From Gemmatimonadota bacterium (GTDB lineage: Bacteria; Gemmatimonadota; Gemmatimonadetes; Longimicrobiales; Gaopeijiaceae): 29,815 bases of DNA. The stretch covers positions 1-29,815 of the forward strand of contig JBDHHQ010000061.1 in NCBI GenBank assembly GCA_039589315.1, in the 5' to 3' direction. The stretch's first letter is position 1; the number at the start of each line of letters is the position of its first letter. The notes below the pieces were generated by a model. The model was not told the origin of the DNA and did not search any database. It saw only the letters and a program-made list of their open reading frames with translations. The translations under genes were made by a program, and so were the position numbers. Positions 18,470 to 27,650 of the stretch are shown piece by piece.

Positions 18470-18898
18470 TGCGGGAGGATCGGATTGGCTGTGCCGTTTC
18501 CGGTAACCGCGCCTGACGAACAGAATGCCGAGAACGAAGAGAGGGAACCCCATGGCGATGCCGCCTCCCGCGTCTCCGCCCTTGATAGGAGCAACGACGA
18601 GGATCTCCATGCACCACATCGCGGCCCACCACAGGAGAAAGACGGCCCCTCCGATCAACTCGTTCTTCCACACCACGAGATAGCCGGCGAGGAACAGCAG
18701 AAACAGCAGCTTGACCAAGATCTGCTCCAAGTCGAACGGATCGAACGGGACTGTGGTACTGATCCAGTTTCCCTCAGGGGCTGGGATGAAGCTGACGACT
18801 ACGAACCAGAGGTATAGCAGACCATAGACCGAGGTCGCCATCAACAGTGACATGGAGCGTTTCCTTGGCTGCCGAGAGTTGTCGATTCGATTGGTCAT
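18464..18898 (-). CDS. Hypothetical membrane protein (about 4 TM)
   Basis: SD GGAGGTG before ATG 18898; four hydrophobic segments. Confidence 0.8.
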   Translation of the reverse strand: MTNRIDNSRQPRKRSMSLLMATSVYGLLYLWFVVVSFIPAPEGNWISTTVPFDPFDLEQILVKLLFLLFLAGYLVVWKNELIGGAVFLLWWAAMWCMEILVVAPIKGGDAGGGIAMGFPLFVLGILFVRRGYRKRHSQSDPPAP

Positions 18899-18954
18899 TG
18901 TCACCTCCCCTGGCATCACTCTGTCGATCTTCGGCCCACCACGAAGAGCCCGCG

Positions 18955-19064
18955 CTCCGACGACTCTACGGCTCTGCCCGGCGATCCACTAGCCGACTGC
19001 GTAGCGGCGGGAGCCTCCCGGGCCGATCCTAGTCCGCCGCGTCTGTGGCGATCGCTTGATTGCC
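18955..19064 (-). mobile_element. attC-like site D (shorter, diverged family member)
   Basis: Plus strand GGAGCCTCCCGGGCCG...GTCCGCCGCGTCTGTGGCGATCGCTTGAT matches the right half of B; minus-strand cores GGCAATC and GTCGGAG. Confidence 0.6.
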
Positions 19065-19072
19065 CCTTGGTC

Positions 19073-19109
19073 TTGACCCAATCCTATGCGTCTTAGCATA
19101 TTAGCTAAT
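19073..19109 (+). promoter_or_regulatory. Promoter and palindromic operator of the ArsR gene
   Basis: TTGACC 19073-19078, CATATT 19097-19102; inverted repeat TATGC-N6-GCATA 19085-19100; palindrome ATTAGCTAAT 19100-19109. Confidence 0.6.
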
Positions 19110-19110
19110 C

Positions 19111-19437
19111 ATGCAACCCCAAGATGATACCACTCGGATTCTCGGTGCACTTGCCAACGGCAGTCGACTGAAGATCCTGCGGTGGCTGCAGGAGCCGGAG
19201 AAGCACTTTCCCCCGCAGCGTGACGGAGATTTCGCCGAGGACGGCGTCTGTAGCGTCTATCTCGCCGACAAGCTCGGCGTTACGCAGCCGACCACGTCCA
19301 GGCATATGCGCCTCCTCGTCGACGCGGGACTGGTTCGTGCCAAGCGGAAGAAGGGCTGGACATTCTATCGCCGGGACGAGGTTGGATTACGCAAGGCGCA
19401 GGGACTCATCGCGGCGTCCATGGGAGTGCCAGCTTAG
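19111..19437 (+). CDS. ArsR/SmtB family transcriptional regulator
   Basis: ALANGSRLKILRWL...GVC...QPTTSRHMRLLVDAGLV...GWTFYRR. Confidence 0.92.
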   Translation: MQPQDDTTRILGALANGSRLKILRWLQEPEKHFPPQRDGDFAEDGVCSVYLADKLGVTQPTTSRHMRLLVDAGLVRAKRKKGWTFYRRDEVGLRKAQGLIAASMGVPA

Positions 19438-19508
19438 ATCGTCCTACCGGACGGCGAGCTTGGCGCGAAGTGGGCGATACTCGGTATCAATCGGAGGAGG
19501 AAGTGGGG

Positions 19509-19988
19509 ATGAAGACGACGACACGTACCCTGACCTTGTTCGGGACGATCTTGGCTTCTGTTCTGCTAGGCGCTCCAGCCGCAGCGCAGTCAAGCGCGTC
19601 GGAGAGCGAGGAAGACGCCATCACCGAGGAAGACGCCATCACCAGCGTTGCCCTGGACTACATCGAGGGATTCTACGAAGCCGACGCGGAACGAATGGCG
19701 CGCGCAGTGCATGCGGACCTCGCCAAGCGGATCGCCAGCCCAGGACCTGACGGTCGAAGGCGCCTCAGGCACATGGGCAAGTGGACCTTGGTCGAGAACA
19801 CCCGTCTGAATCCGCGACCGCGCCAGGTCGAGCTCAGAGATCGTGTGAAGATCCTTGACGTCTTTGGGGGTGCGGCCGTGGTCAGGGTTGATGCAGACAC
19901 ATGGGTCGATTTCCTGCAGATGGCGCGCATTGACGACAGTTGGGTCATCGTGAACGTGCTCTGGGAACTGCGGTCTTCAGAACGCTGA
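19509..19988 (+). CDS. Secreted NTF2-like (putative lumazine-binding family) protein
   Basis: SD GGAGGAGG; signal peptide ending PAAAQ; LDYIEGFYEADAERMARAVH, VDFLQMAR, WVIVNVLW. Confidence 0.85.
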   Translation: MKTTTRTLTLFGTILASVLLGAPAAAQSSASESEEDAITEEDAITSVALDYIEGFYEADAERMARAVHADLAKRIASPGPDGRRRLRHMGKWTLVENTRLNPRPRQVELRDRVKILDVFGGAAVVRVDADTWVDFLQMARIDDSWVIVNVLWELRSSER

Positions 19989-20099
19989 GGCACCGCGCTG
20001 TAGATCCGCGCGTTCTGCTTCCTGCCACACGGCGAGCAGAGGTCATTCGGCAGACGACCTCGTCATCGTCGGTGCCCGAAGCCCTCAGGACGGCTCTGC

Positions 20100-21278
20100 T
20101 CAGGGACGGTCTCCCCCAGGCGACAGCCGGATGATCCGTCCCGGATCGGGCGGATTCGGACTCCCTGCATCCACCGAGATCAGCAACCTGCCGCCCGGAA
20201 GTTGCGCAACATCGCGGACTCGCCCGACCCTCGCTAGCACGATCTCCGTCTCGTCGGTGGCCGGGTCGTAGCGGAGCAGGTGCTGAGGGTTGAGGGCACC
20301 CAACAGGAACGAACCGTTCCAGGACGGGAACTGGCTGCCCTCGACGAGGAGCAGCCCCGACGGTGCTACGCGGAAGTCGGGACCCCAGACCTTGGTCGGA
20401 AGGATCGAGAAGGCGGCGGCTTCCTCTTCCGTCATGTGGGAGACGGGTGTTTCGTCGTAGTTCAGCCCGTAGGAGAACAATGGCCAGCCATAGTTACCTC
20501 CTGCGGTGATGATGTTCAGCTCGTCGCCGCCCAAGGGACCGTGCTCGTTCTCGTAGAGCGTCCGCTGCGTGGCATCGTAGTGGAGCCCCTGTGGGTTCCG
20601 ATGACCGTACGACCAGATGGTCGAGGGTTCGGATGCTCCGGGGAGCAGCGGATTGTCCGACGGGATCTGCCCATCGGCCGTGAGTCGGTGGATCTTCCCC
20701 CGGTCGGAACTGAGGTCCTGGGGGCCCGGCTCAGGGTAGGGAGTGCCTCCCACACCGAACGACAGGAAGAAGCGGGATCCGTCCTCCCAGGCAATCCTCG
20801 AGCCGATTGAGAACTCGTTCGACTCGTAGATCACTTCCAGATTCCGGGCTCGGTTGTCTCGGAGCTCGAAGCGCGCCACCGCCAGATCGAACGCCGCGTC
20901 GTTGTACGCGATGTAGACGAGCCGGTTGTCCTCGAAATCGGGATGAAGGCTGACGTCGAGAAGGCCACCGAACACGTCGACGGTCTTGGACTCCGGGATA
21001 CCCTCGACCTCGGTCACCTCGCCGCCCACATAGTGATGGAGCGCCCCGCGTCGCTCCGCGAAGAGGAACTCTTCCTCGCCGATCACGGTGATCGCGTCGG
21101 GAATCCCGTACCCGGACGCGAGGATCTCGGGTCGCGTGATCCCGACGTCAGGGACGATGAGCTCGTCCGCCTGACAGGACGGAAGCAGCAACAGCGCGAC
21201 GGCGATCGGCCCCAGACGCTTGGGGATCACGCCCGTGATTCCCCTCAGTCCGTCGGCCGATACCGATTGACCACGCAT
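20100..21278 (-). CDS. PQQ-dependent sugar dehydrogenase (glucose/sorbosone dehydrogenase family), probable lipoprotein
   Basis: GGLLDVSLHPDF, GKIHRL, YGHRNPQG, EHGPLGGDELN, GNYGWP, APSG, GRVRDV; leader LLLLPSC. Confidence 0.9.
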   Translation of the reverse strand: MRGQSVSADGLRGITGVIPKRLGPIAVALLLLPSCQADELIVPDVGITRPEILASGYGIPDAITVIGEEEFLFAERRGALHHYVGGEVTEVEGIPESKTVDVFGGLLDVSLHPDFEDNRLVYIAYNDAAFDLAVARFELRDNRARNLEVIYESNEFSIGSRIAWEDGSRFFLSFGVGGTPYPEPGPQDLSSDRGKIHRLTADGQIPSDNPLLPGASEPSTIWSYGHRNPQGLHYDATQRTLYENEHGPLGGDELNIITAGGNYGWPLFSYGLNYDETPVSHMTEEEAAAFSILPTKVWGPDFRVAPSGLLLVEGSQFPSWNGSFLLGALNPQHLLRYDPATDETEIVLARVGRVRDVAQLPGGRLLISVDAGSPNPPDPGRIIRLSPGGDRP

Positions 21279-21823
21279 TTCTCTGTGTCCTTCGATCAAC
21301 GCCACATCCTCGAACGCCTAGAGCATCCGAGCGCCTACGGAGATGTCCCGCTTGCGATCAGCCAGGCGAGCATCCAGAAGCTCGCTCATCTGGACCCACT
21401 CCTGAAACGCTCAGCCGTTGTTTCTTCTGACACCGGGTGCGGCTTGAAGGGCCAGCGGCCTGAACCGGATCGCCTGCCAGCCAAGACCAAGAGCAGATCA
21501 AGAGCTGCGGGGTCGTGGGCGAGAGAGAAAGGACCGCATGAACGCTGGTTGCCCCACGCGTTACGAGCCTCTACGGTCACTGATCTGGGAGCTTCGCGAC
21601 CCGATCGTCGAGTGCCGGTGGCCCCTAGTCGCGCAAGAGGACTGCGGTGATTGACGATCTGGTCGCACTCACACGACTGGCCCAGGACTGCCGATCCAAC
21701 TCGGCGCGGGTTCAGGCGTACGCGGCAGCCGACGATGGTCCGGGCGCCCTCCAGAATGTACCGCGGAGTCTAGACCCCCGTCGGAACCACCAGCGCCGCG
21801 ACTCGGAATCCACCGTCCTCATC

Positions 21824-22852
21824 TCAACAGCGAACCACGACCTGCTGGAAAGCCCCCTGGCGACGCCGGGTAGCGTCCAGGGCCTCTCCAACATCGGCTA
21901 GTGGGTATTCGTCGACTTCGATGGTTGAGAGATCCAGTGTTCCCGCCGCAATCATGCTTAGCAGCTCAACGGTCTGGTGTCGTTCGAACCAAAGAGAGCC
22001 TCGGATCGTCAGGTCCATGCCAACGATGAGATCGGTGGCTACTGCCAGAGGTTCTTCGGTAACTCCTACCGCCACGAGACGGCCCGAGCGGTTCAGAGTT
22101 GTGAGCGCTGCCTGGATCGCCGAGGCGTCCCGGGCCTCAATCGCACTGAGGACGACGTCGAACGTTTGACCATTGGGCAGCGTCGTTCCGGCTTGAACAC
22201 GTGAGTTCAGACCGGCGATTTCTTCAAGGGCGTCCTTCCGGCGCCCCAACGCAAAGACGCTTCTGGCCCCCATCGCCAAGGCTACCAGAACGGCGCTCAC
22301 TCCGACGAGACCGGTCCCTCCAAGTACGGCAACCGCTTCGCCGGGTGCCAAACCGACCTTGGTGAAGGCGCCGTAGGCAGTACCCAGCCACCCCAGTCGG
22401 CAGAGGATCGCGTCTGAGACCGTGACGGCTTCCGGAATCGGTATGACGCATTCGGCGGGCAGCAACATTTGCTCCGCGAGAGCCCCATCGTGCCAACGGC
22501 GGAGCATTTCCGGGGAACGTTCACCAATCCCGAAGTTTCCGATGAAGCCGAAATCTTCGCCCCCCCCTCGCGTGGGGGATTGGTAGTAGCAGTCGCAGTA
22601 AACCCGCTGTCCTGCTTCGAGTCCGGTGACGTCAGAGCCAAGGAGCTGCACCGTGCCGACAGCATCCATGCCAGGAGTAAATGGCCTCGGTGGAGTCAAG
22701 TACTCGTCGGAACCATCAACGAGACCAGCTGCGAACGGCGCCAGGAATACTGTCTGTACGCCGACAAGTACGGTGCCGGGCTGTACCTCAGGCGTATCGA
22801 CTTCCTCGATGCGCACAGCAGTTTCACCCTCGTGCAGTCGGGCCGCTTTCAT
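21824..22852 (-). CDS. Medium-chain dehydrogenase/reductase (alcohol dehydrogenase-like)
   Basis: GroES-like N-domain (PFTPGMDAVG...GQRV), Rossmann GGTGLVG, LTIRGS. Confidence 0.88.
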   Translation of the reverse strand: MKAARLHEGETAVRIEEVDTPEVQPGTVLVGVQTVFLAPFAAGLVDGSDEYLTPPRPFTPGMDAVGTVQLLGSDVTGLEAGQRVYCDCYYQSPTRGGGEDFGFIGNFGIGERSPEMLRRWHDGALAEQMLLPAECVIPIPEAVTVSDAILCRLGWLGTAYGAFTKVGLAPGEAVAVLGGTGLVGVSAVLVALAMGARSVFALGRRKDALEEIAGLNSRVQAGTTLPNGQTFDVVLSAIEARDASAIQAALTTLNRSGRLVAVGVTEEPLAVATDLIVGMDLTIRGSLWFERHQTVELLSMIAAGTLDLSTIEVDEYPLADVGEALDATRRRQGAFQQVVVRC

Positions 22853-23191
22853 GGGGACCGTCCTAGATCGGCGAAGGGAGCGCTCATGTCGTCACTGTTC
22901 CCAATCTGCGGTCGAGGTATCCAGCCTTCAATTGTCCTTCAGGTCGCTCCATCCTGCCCTTCTCCACTCGGCGGCCAGCTCGGTGCGCGGGGCCTTGACC
23001 GCCCCCCTTGCGTGTAGCGGCAGGTGTGGCTCGAGGTCGTCATTGTTCGATCTCCTCGCGGTGTTCGGGGGGAGCTCGGTGTCTCTGGGCCTGTGACACT
23101 CGCCTGACACTCACCTTCGGACCACCCACGCTCGGACCACAGAGGTCTATTCGGTCTGAATCGCCCTAGCGAGCCGTGTCGGGCGGGGGAG

Positions 23192-23684
23192 TCAAATGCG
23201 AAGCAAGACGGTCAGCAACGCGGTCGCGGTCAGGCAAGCGAAGACGGTCCGCAGCCCGTTCCACCAGTTCCATCGGGCCTCGAACGCGTCGCGCCGTACG
23301 TAAGGGAGCTTGGTCCAGGACGTCGAGGTCGAGCGCCTGGAGCCGATTGTTCAGCGGCACGTTGATCGCGAACGTCGGGACTTGCACGCCCACCACGTAC
23401 GTGACCGCAGCGCCCAGTAGAAGCCATCGGTCGGCGCCGGCGAGCGAGCCGAAGGCCAGGGCGAGGGCCGCCACCACGGTCAGCACCGAGCCGACCCACA
23501 CCAAGAGGAACAGAGGATCGTTCTCCTGGATTACGCGGTCCATGACCTGGAACGCGCGGAGGAAGTCCCCGTCCGGAAGGCTCCGAATCCCGGGCATCAC
23601 GACGACGGCGAACGCGAACACGAGCCCCGCCGAGAGTGAGCAGAGGAGCGCGGCGGCGACCAGAGCGGCGTGAAGGAGATCCAT
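23192..23684 (-). pseudogene. DUF1772 / anthrone oxygenase-like membrane protein, frameshifted near 23292
   Basis: AGLVFAFAVVVMPG...FQVMDR...NVPLNNRL. The conserved tail DAFEARWNWWNGLRTVFACL...LRI* is in another frame, ending at TGA 23194-23192. Confidence 0.8.
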
Positions 23685-23698
23685 GATTCGGTTCACTC

Positions 23699-23810
23699 GC
23701 GGCTGCGGAGTGCGCCCTGTGAGGCGGAGCGCCGACTCCTCCTCGATTCATACGCGCAGACGAGGAAGGCAGCCCTAAGGAACCACGCTCCTCACACTCC
23801 TGCATACCGC
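23699..23810 (-). other. Long imperfect hairpin filling the intergenic space (attC-like arms, no recognisable cores)
   Basis: GCGGCTGCGGAGTG 23699-23712 pairs with CACTCCTGCATACCGC 23795-23810 with bulges; inner TGTGAGG..AGCG/CGCTCCTCACA stem; abuts the stop of the upstream gene. Confidence 0.5.
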
Positions 23811-24400
23811 TATGATGGGGAGCTAGGCTTGACCTGAATATTGCCGTTGTCGGGTTCCCTGAAGAAGCCGAGCACAAAGGGCGGCAAGCTAATGGCCTCA
23901 CAGCTTCCGGCAGCATCGCCGGGCACCCCACCAGGGTATGCCTCCGCAGGCGGGAAATCAGGGAGTATCTTGTCAGGAGAGGCGTTGGCTCCTTCGCCAC
24001 CATCAATCAGGAACATCAGCGCGTAGGGTCCAGCCCCCTCGGGAACGGTGGGCATGGGGAAGTCAGTACCGATAGCTAAGACGTCTGTACCAGCAACTTG
24101 AATCCAGGCCATGCAGACGATGTTTCCGCGAAATGTGCGGTCAAAAAAACTACTCATGAACATTGCGGTGCCCTTTACGGAGCCGTCTGCGCGCTGTTTC
24201 GCATTAAAGGAGAATTGGTCCTGACCGAATGGGAGGGTGATTTGACCGGCACCCGAGGCCATTTGTACGTATGGTCCGCCGTTTCCGATGTGGAAGCTGG
24301 GCCTCTGTGCGTCATCCAACGGCGAAAAGGGCCCCTCACCACAGGCAGCGACGGCAAGTGCGATCACCAACGACAGGGGGACGGGGAGAAACTGTCTCAT
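23810..24400 (-). CDS. Hypothetical lipoprotein
   Basis: SD AAGGAGG before ATG 24400; MRQFLPVPLSLVIALAVAAC lipobox; visibly lower GC than the left half. Confidence 0.8.
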   Translation of the reverse strand: MRQFLPVPLSLVIALAVAACGEGPFSPLDDAQRPSFHIGNGGPYVQMASGAGQITLPFGQDQFSFNAKQRADGSVKGTAMFMSSFFDRTFRGNIVCMAWIQVAGTDVLAIGTDFPMPTVPEGAGPYALMFLIDGGEGANASPDKILPDFPPAEAYPGGVPGDAAGSCEAISLPPFVLGFFREPDNGNIQVKPSSPS

Positions 24401-24929
24401 GGATGCCTCCTTGAACATGAGCGTAACTGCTCTTGCCGTCGGTGGCTCAGGAGTGGCGTTGGAGGCTGGCGTCCGAGGGGGGCGCGTCAGTCGCACAGCG
24501 TCGCTGGTGAGTCATCGGCGGGCGCGGGAGAGTCCCGTCGACCACCGCGACCATGCGGTGGCGCATCTAGGTTGTCAAGAAGTGGCGTGAACGCAACAGT
24601 GCTTGCAGGCACTCAAGGTCACCCGGCCGGTTCGCGCCGTCCAGAGGCCTGGCCCTCGTACGATCGCGATCATGGAACGCTTCGCCCGATCAGCCAAATG
24701 CAACGTGGGGATAGAATGGAACAAGCCGCTCCGATCGCCTGCCGAGTAGCCGCGTGCCGCGAGTGGTTGCGTCCAGGGAAGTTTGTGGCGCTGCGTGCGC
24801 AGCGGCGTCAGAAGGTCGCGGTGGGAAGCGTTGGATGGTAGAGAACGCCGGTGGCGAACAGCCGAAGCAACTCGTTCGACCGTGCGGTCGAACGGTAAGG
24901 ACCATCGGGGTCGGGACTGGGGTGTGAAG

Positions 24930-25622
24930 ATGGGCAAGTCATGGTGGGGAGCAGTCCCGTTCGGTCTGGCGGTCATCTTCGGTGGCGGGTGCGAGACAAT
25001 CGTCACGCCCGAGGATCCGAGTCGGCAGTCCAGGGTCTTCGGGTCGGGCGTCGTCGTGATGGAGAGCCGCGCCCTCGAGAGCTTCACAGCGGTCGAAGCC
25101 CGAGGTGGTGGGTATGAAGTCGTGCTGGAGCTGGCCCCGACACACGCCGTCGAGATCACCGCGGACGACAACCTCGTCCCGCTCCTGCGGACTGACGTCC
25201 GCGAGGGCAGGCTCGTCATTTCTGTGGATCCACAGCTGCGACTCGTCCCGACCGAGCCGATCGTCGTCCGAGTATCCGTTGCCGAAGTCTCCGAGCTACT
25301 CGCAAGCGGGGGGGTGTTGCTGAACGCCGAAGTGGGCGTCGTGCCCCGGCTGGCCATCGCCGCGAGCGGCGCGTCGCTGGTGGACGTCAACGGATCGGCA
25401 GAGCGGCAGGTCCTGACCATCAGCGGGGCGAGCGTTTACCGGGGACTCGATCTCGAGACCAGCGAGAGCGTGGTCATCGCGTCGGGTGTGAGTCTGGTCG
25501 AGCTGTGGGCGCACGACCACCTCGAGGTCGATGGCAGCGGTGTGTCCACGATTCGCTACCGGGGGCAGCCCACCGTGATCGCACGCGTGAGCGGAAGCTC
25601 CACCGTTAGCCCCATCCGGTGA
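24930..25622 (+). CDS. GIN-domain (DUF2807-like) lipoprotein
   Basis: Leader ending FGGGC; GSGVVVMESR, VEITADDNL, repeated SGAS/SGVS motifs, IRYRGQP. Confidence 0.85.
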   Translation: MGKSWWGAVPFGLAVIFGGGCETIVTPEDPSRQSRVFGSGVVVMESRALESFTAVEARGGGYEVVLELAPTHAVEITADDNLVPLLRTDVREGRLVISVDPQLRLVPTEPIVVRVSVAEVSELLASGGVLLNAEVGVVPRLAIAASGASLVDVNGSAERQVLTISGASVYRGLDLETSESVVIASGVSLVELWAHDHLEVDGSGVSTIRYRGQPTVIARVSGSSTVSPIR

Positions 25623-25650
25623 TGGGTGCGGTCGTTACCGCCTCCAGCGC

Positions 25651-25714
25651 CAGCGACGAGGAGCCTCCTGAGCCGAGTCCCGCTCACCGCGTCTCCAGCA
25701 GTCGCTTTCTAGAG
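25651..25714 (-). mobile_element. attC-like site E (R''/L'' half of the family repeat)
   Basis: GCGACGAGGAGCCTCCTGAGCCG...CACCGCGTCTCCAGCAGTCGCTTTCTAGAG aligns with the right half of B. Confidence 0.65.
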
Positions 25715-25842
25715 CGCATCGGCGGTCCCGTGGGAAAGGTCTCCAGCGGGGAGGTCGGTGGCTCTCAGCAGCTGATCCACACTCAGAGACATCCCAGCAG
25801 GTCCTCCCGTCCTATCCAAGGTGAGCAGGCTGACGCTGTGCG

Positions 25843-26241
25843 TCAGCCACCCGGCGGAGCGTCCCAGTTGAAGCATGCGGCGGACACGAGCCATTCTCCG
25901 CCCTGGTTCGTCGCGGTGGCCAGGAACTTCCCGTGGCCGGACACCTCCTGCCCCTCGTGCTGAAACGTCAAATCAAAGCTACCGCGGAGAGCGGCGAGAC
26001 CGGTGTCTCCGGTGGCCGCGTCAAGCGACTGTTTGAAGCTCACCATGGTCGGAAAAGCATCGAGGAATGCCTTGGCCTCCTCCCTCCCACTGAGCAGGGG
26101 ATGATCCTGCGGCATGTATGCGAAGTCCTCGGTGCACAACGCCATCGAAGCGTCCCAGTTCTGGGCGAGAGCCGCATCAACCCAATCCTTTTCGATCATC
26201 TCACGCAGTCGGGCTCGATCTGCATCGGTCAGTGCCGCCAT
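25843..26241 (-). CDS. NTF2-like DUF4440/YybH family protein
   Basis: SD GAGGAGG; CTEDFAYMP...GREE...GKFL...QGGEWLV. Confidence 0.85.
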   Translation of the reverse strand: MAALTDADRARLREMIEKDWVDAALAQNWDASMALCTEDFAYMPQDHPLLSGREEAKAFLDAFPTMVSFKQSLDAATGDTGLAALRGSFDLTFQHEGQEVSGHGKFLATATNQGGEWLVSAACFNWDAPPGG

Positions 26242-26292
26242 GGTCTTCCTCCTCGTATTTGGGGTTCGCTCGGACCCAGTGTGACGGGTGCG

Positions 26293-26466
26293 CTCTCACG
26301 GACCTGCGGTTCTGCTTGCGACCTACCTTCTCACAGCGTAGCGACGTGAACACCGTAGGTGCGAACACGGCAAGCGATCAAGGCTCATCGCTCCGAGGAG
26401 CAGGGGCGACGAGGAGCCTCCTGAGCCGTTCCCGTCCACCGCGTCCGCAGCAATCGCTTGATAGAG
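26293..26466 (-). mobile_element. attC-like site B (best preserved)
   Basis: Minus strand: R'' CTCTATC, L'' GCGATTGCTGC, L' GCAGAACCGC, R' GTGAGAG. On the plus (bottom) strand GCGGTTCTGC pairs with GCAGCAATCGC with one extrahelical C and one G-T pair. Confidence 0.78.
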
Positions 26467-26573
26467 CGCAGCGCGGTTCGGGATTCTGGGGCTAATGCGA
26501 CAACGCGTGTCCAGCTCGGGACTGCTGGTGGCGCCTCCCGCCTCCCTCAGCTCGGAGTGACCCGCTAATGGAT

Positions 26574-27599
26574 TCACGCAGGCCAGGTGTCCGCCAAACG
26601 ATAGCCCTCCGGCCACGGGTCTTCCGGATCCAGCATGTGCTGGTGTGTCCCGGTGATCCACGCGCGCCCGGTGATCGAGGGAATGACCGCCGGTTTCTCG
26701 CCGACCGCGGCCTCGGCTTCGATCTGACACTGGAACTCGGAACCGATGATCGAGCGCGCGATGTATCGGTCGCCGATGCCCATCTCGCCACGCGCGTGGA
26801 GCGCGGCCATGCGCGCCGAGCAGCCGGTACCGGTCGGTGATCGGTCGATCTTCCCCGGCCGGATGGCGACCGCGTTGCGCCCACTGAGTACTCCGCCTTC
26901 TCTGACCAACGGCTGCGTGAACTGGCAGAACGAGACGTGGTCCCAATCCGGATTCTCAGGGTGGCGGAACCCGAGTTGCTCGTTCGCCGCAGCCGTGATC
27001 CTCACCCCGAGCTCTGCCAGCTCGCGCGCATTGTCAGGAGCGATCTCGAGCCCCGATGCGGTAACATCCACGATCACAAAACTATCGCCTCCGTAAGCGG
27101 TATCGACCGTCAGCAGACCAAGCCCCGCGACCTCGAGCGGCGCAGCAAGTCTGTCCGCAAATGAGGGCACGTTGGTGATGGTGATGCGCTCGACTCTACC
27201 ATCCTTACAAACGGCCCGCGCCTCGACGAGCCCGCCGGGAGCCTCGAGTACTAGCTGTGTCTCGGGCTCTTCCATCGGGATGATGCCGGTCTCGAGCAAC
27301 ACATTCACGACACAGATTGAATTCGATCCTGACATCGGCGGAGTATCGGCCGGCTCCATGATGATAAAGCCCATCTGCGCGCGCGGATTGATTGGCGGCA
27401 CGAGCAAGTTCACGTGGCGAAAGACGCCACCGCGCGGCTCGTTGAGGACGAAATTGCGCAGAGTCTCGTCGGATTCGATCGAGGCACGCTGTTCCCAGAG
27501 CGTCTCCCCGGAGGGAGGCGCAACGCCGCCGACAATGACATCGCCGACCTCGCCTTCGGCGTGGCAACTGACAACGTGGATGGTCTGGGAGCTACGCAT
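26574..27599 (-). CDS. Proline racemase superfamily protein, Ser/Thr-dyad type (probable trans-3-hydroxy-L-proline dehydratase)
   Basis: HAEGE, EPRG, MSGSN and DRSPTGTG replace the MCGH / DRSPCGTG of Cys-Cys racemases and epimerases. Confidence 0.88.
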   Translation of the reverse strand: MRSSQTIHVVSCHAEGEVGDVIVGGVAPPSGETLWEQRASIESDETLRNFVLNEPRGGVFRHVNLLVPPINPRAQMGFIIMEPADTPPMSGSNSICVVNVLLETGIIPMEEPETQLVLEAPGGLVEARAVCKDGRVERITITNVPSFADRLAAPLEVAGLGLLTVDTAYGGDSFVIVDVTASGLEIAPDNARELAELGVRITAAANEQLGFRHPENPDWDHVSFCQFTQPLVREGGVLSGRNAVAIRPGKIDRSPTGTGCSARMAALHARGEMGIGDRYIARSIIGSEFQCQIEAEAAVGEKPAVIPSITGRAWITGTHQHMLDPEDPWPEGYRLADTWPA

Positions 27600-27650
27600 C
27601 GGGATTCTGAGCTAGGTAGATGACACCGCGTGCGGAAGCTATAAGCTGCG

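Noticed and set aside
21306..21823. Small genes or attC sites in this long intergenic stretch (also 22853-23190 and 24401-24929)
   Set aside because: Short ORFs lack RBSs and protein-like features, and only fragmentary hairpins are seen. They may be eroded cassette remnants but cannot be supported.
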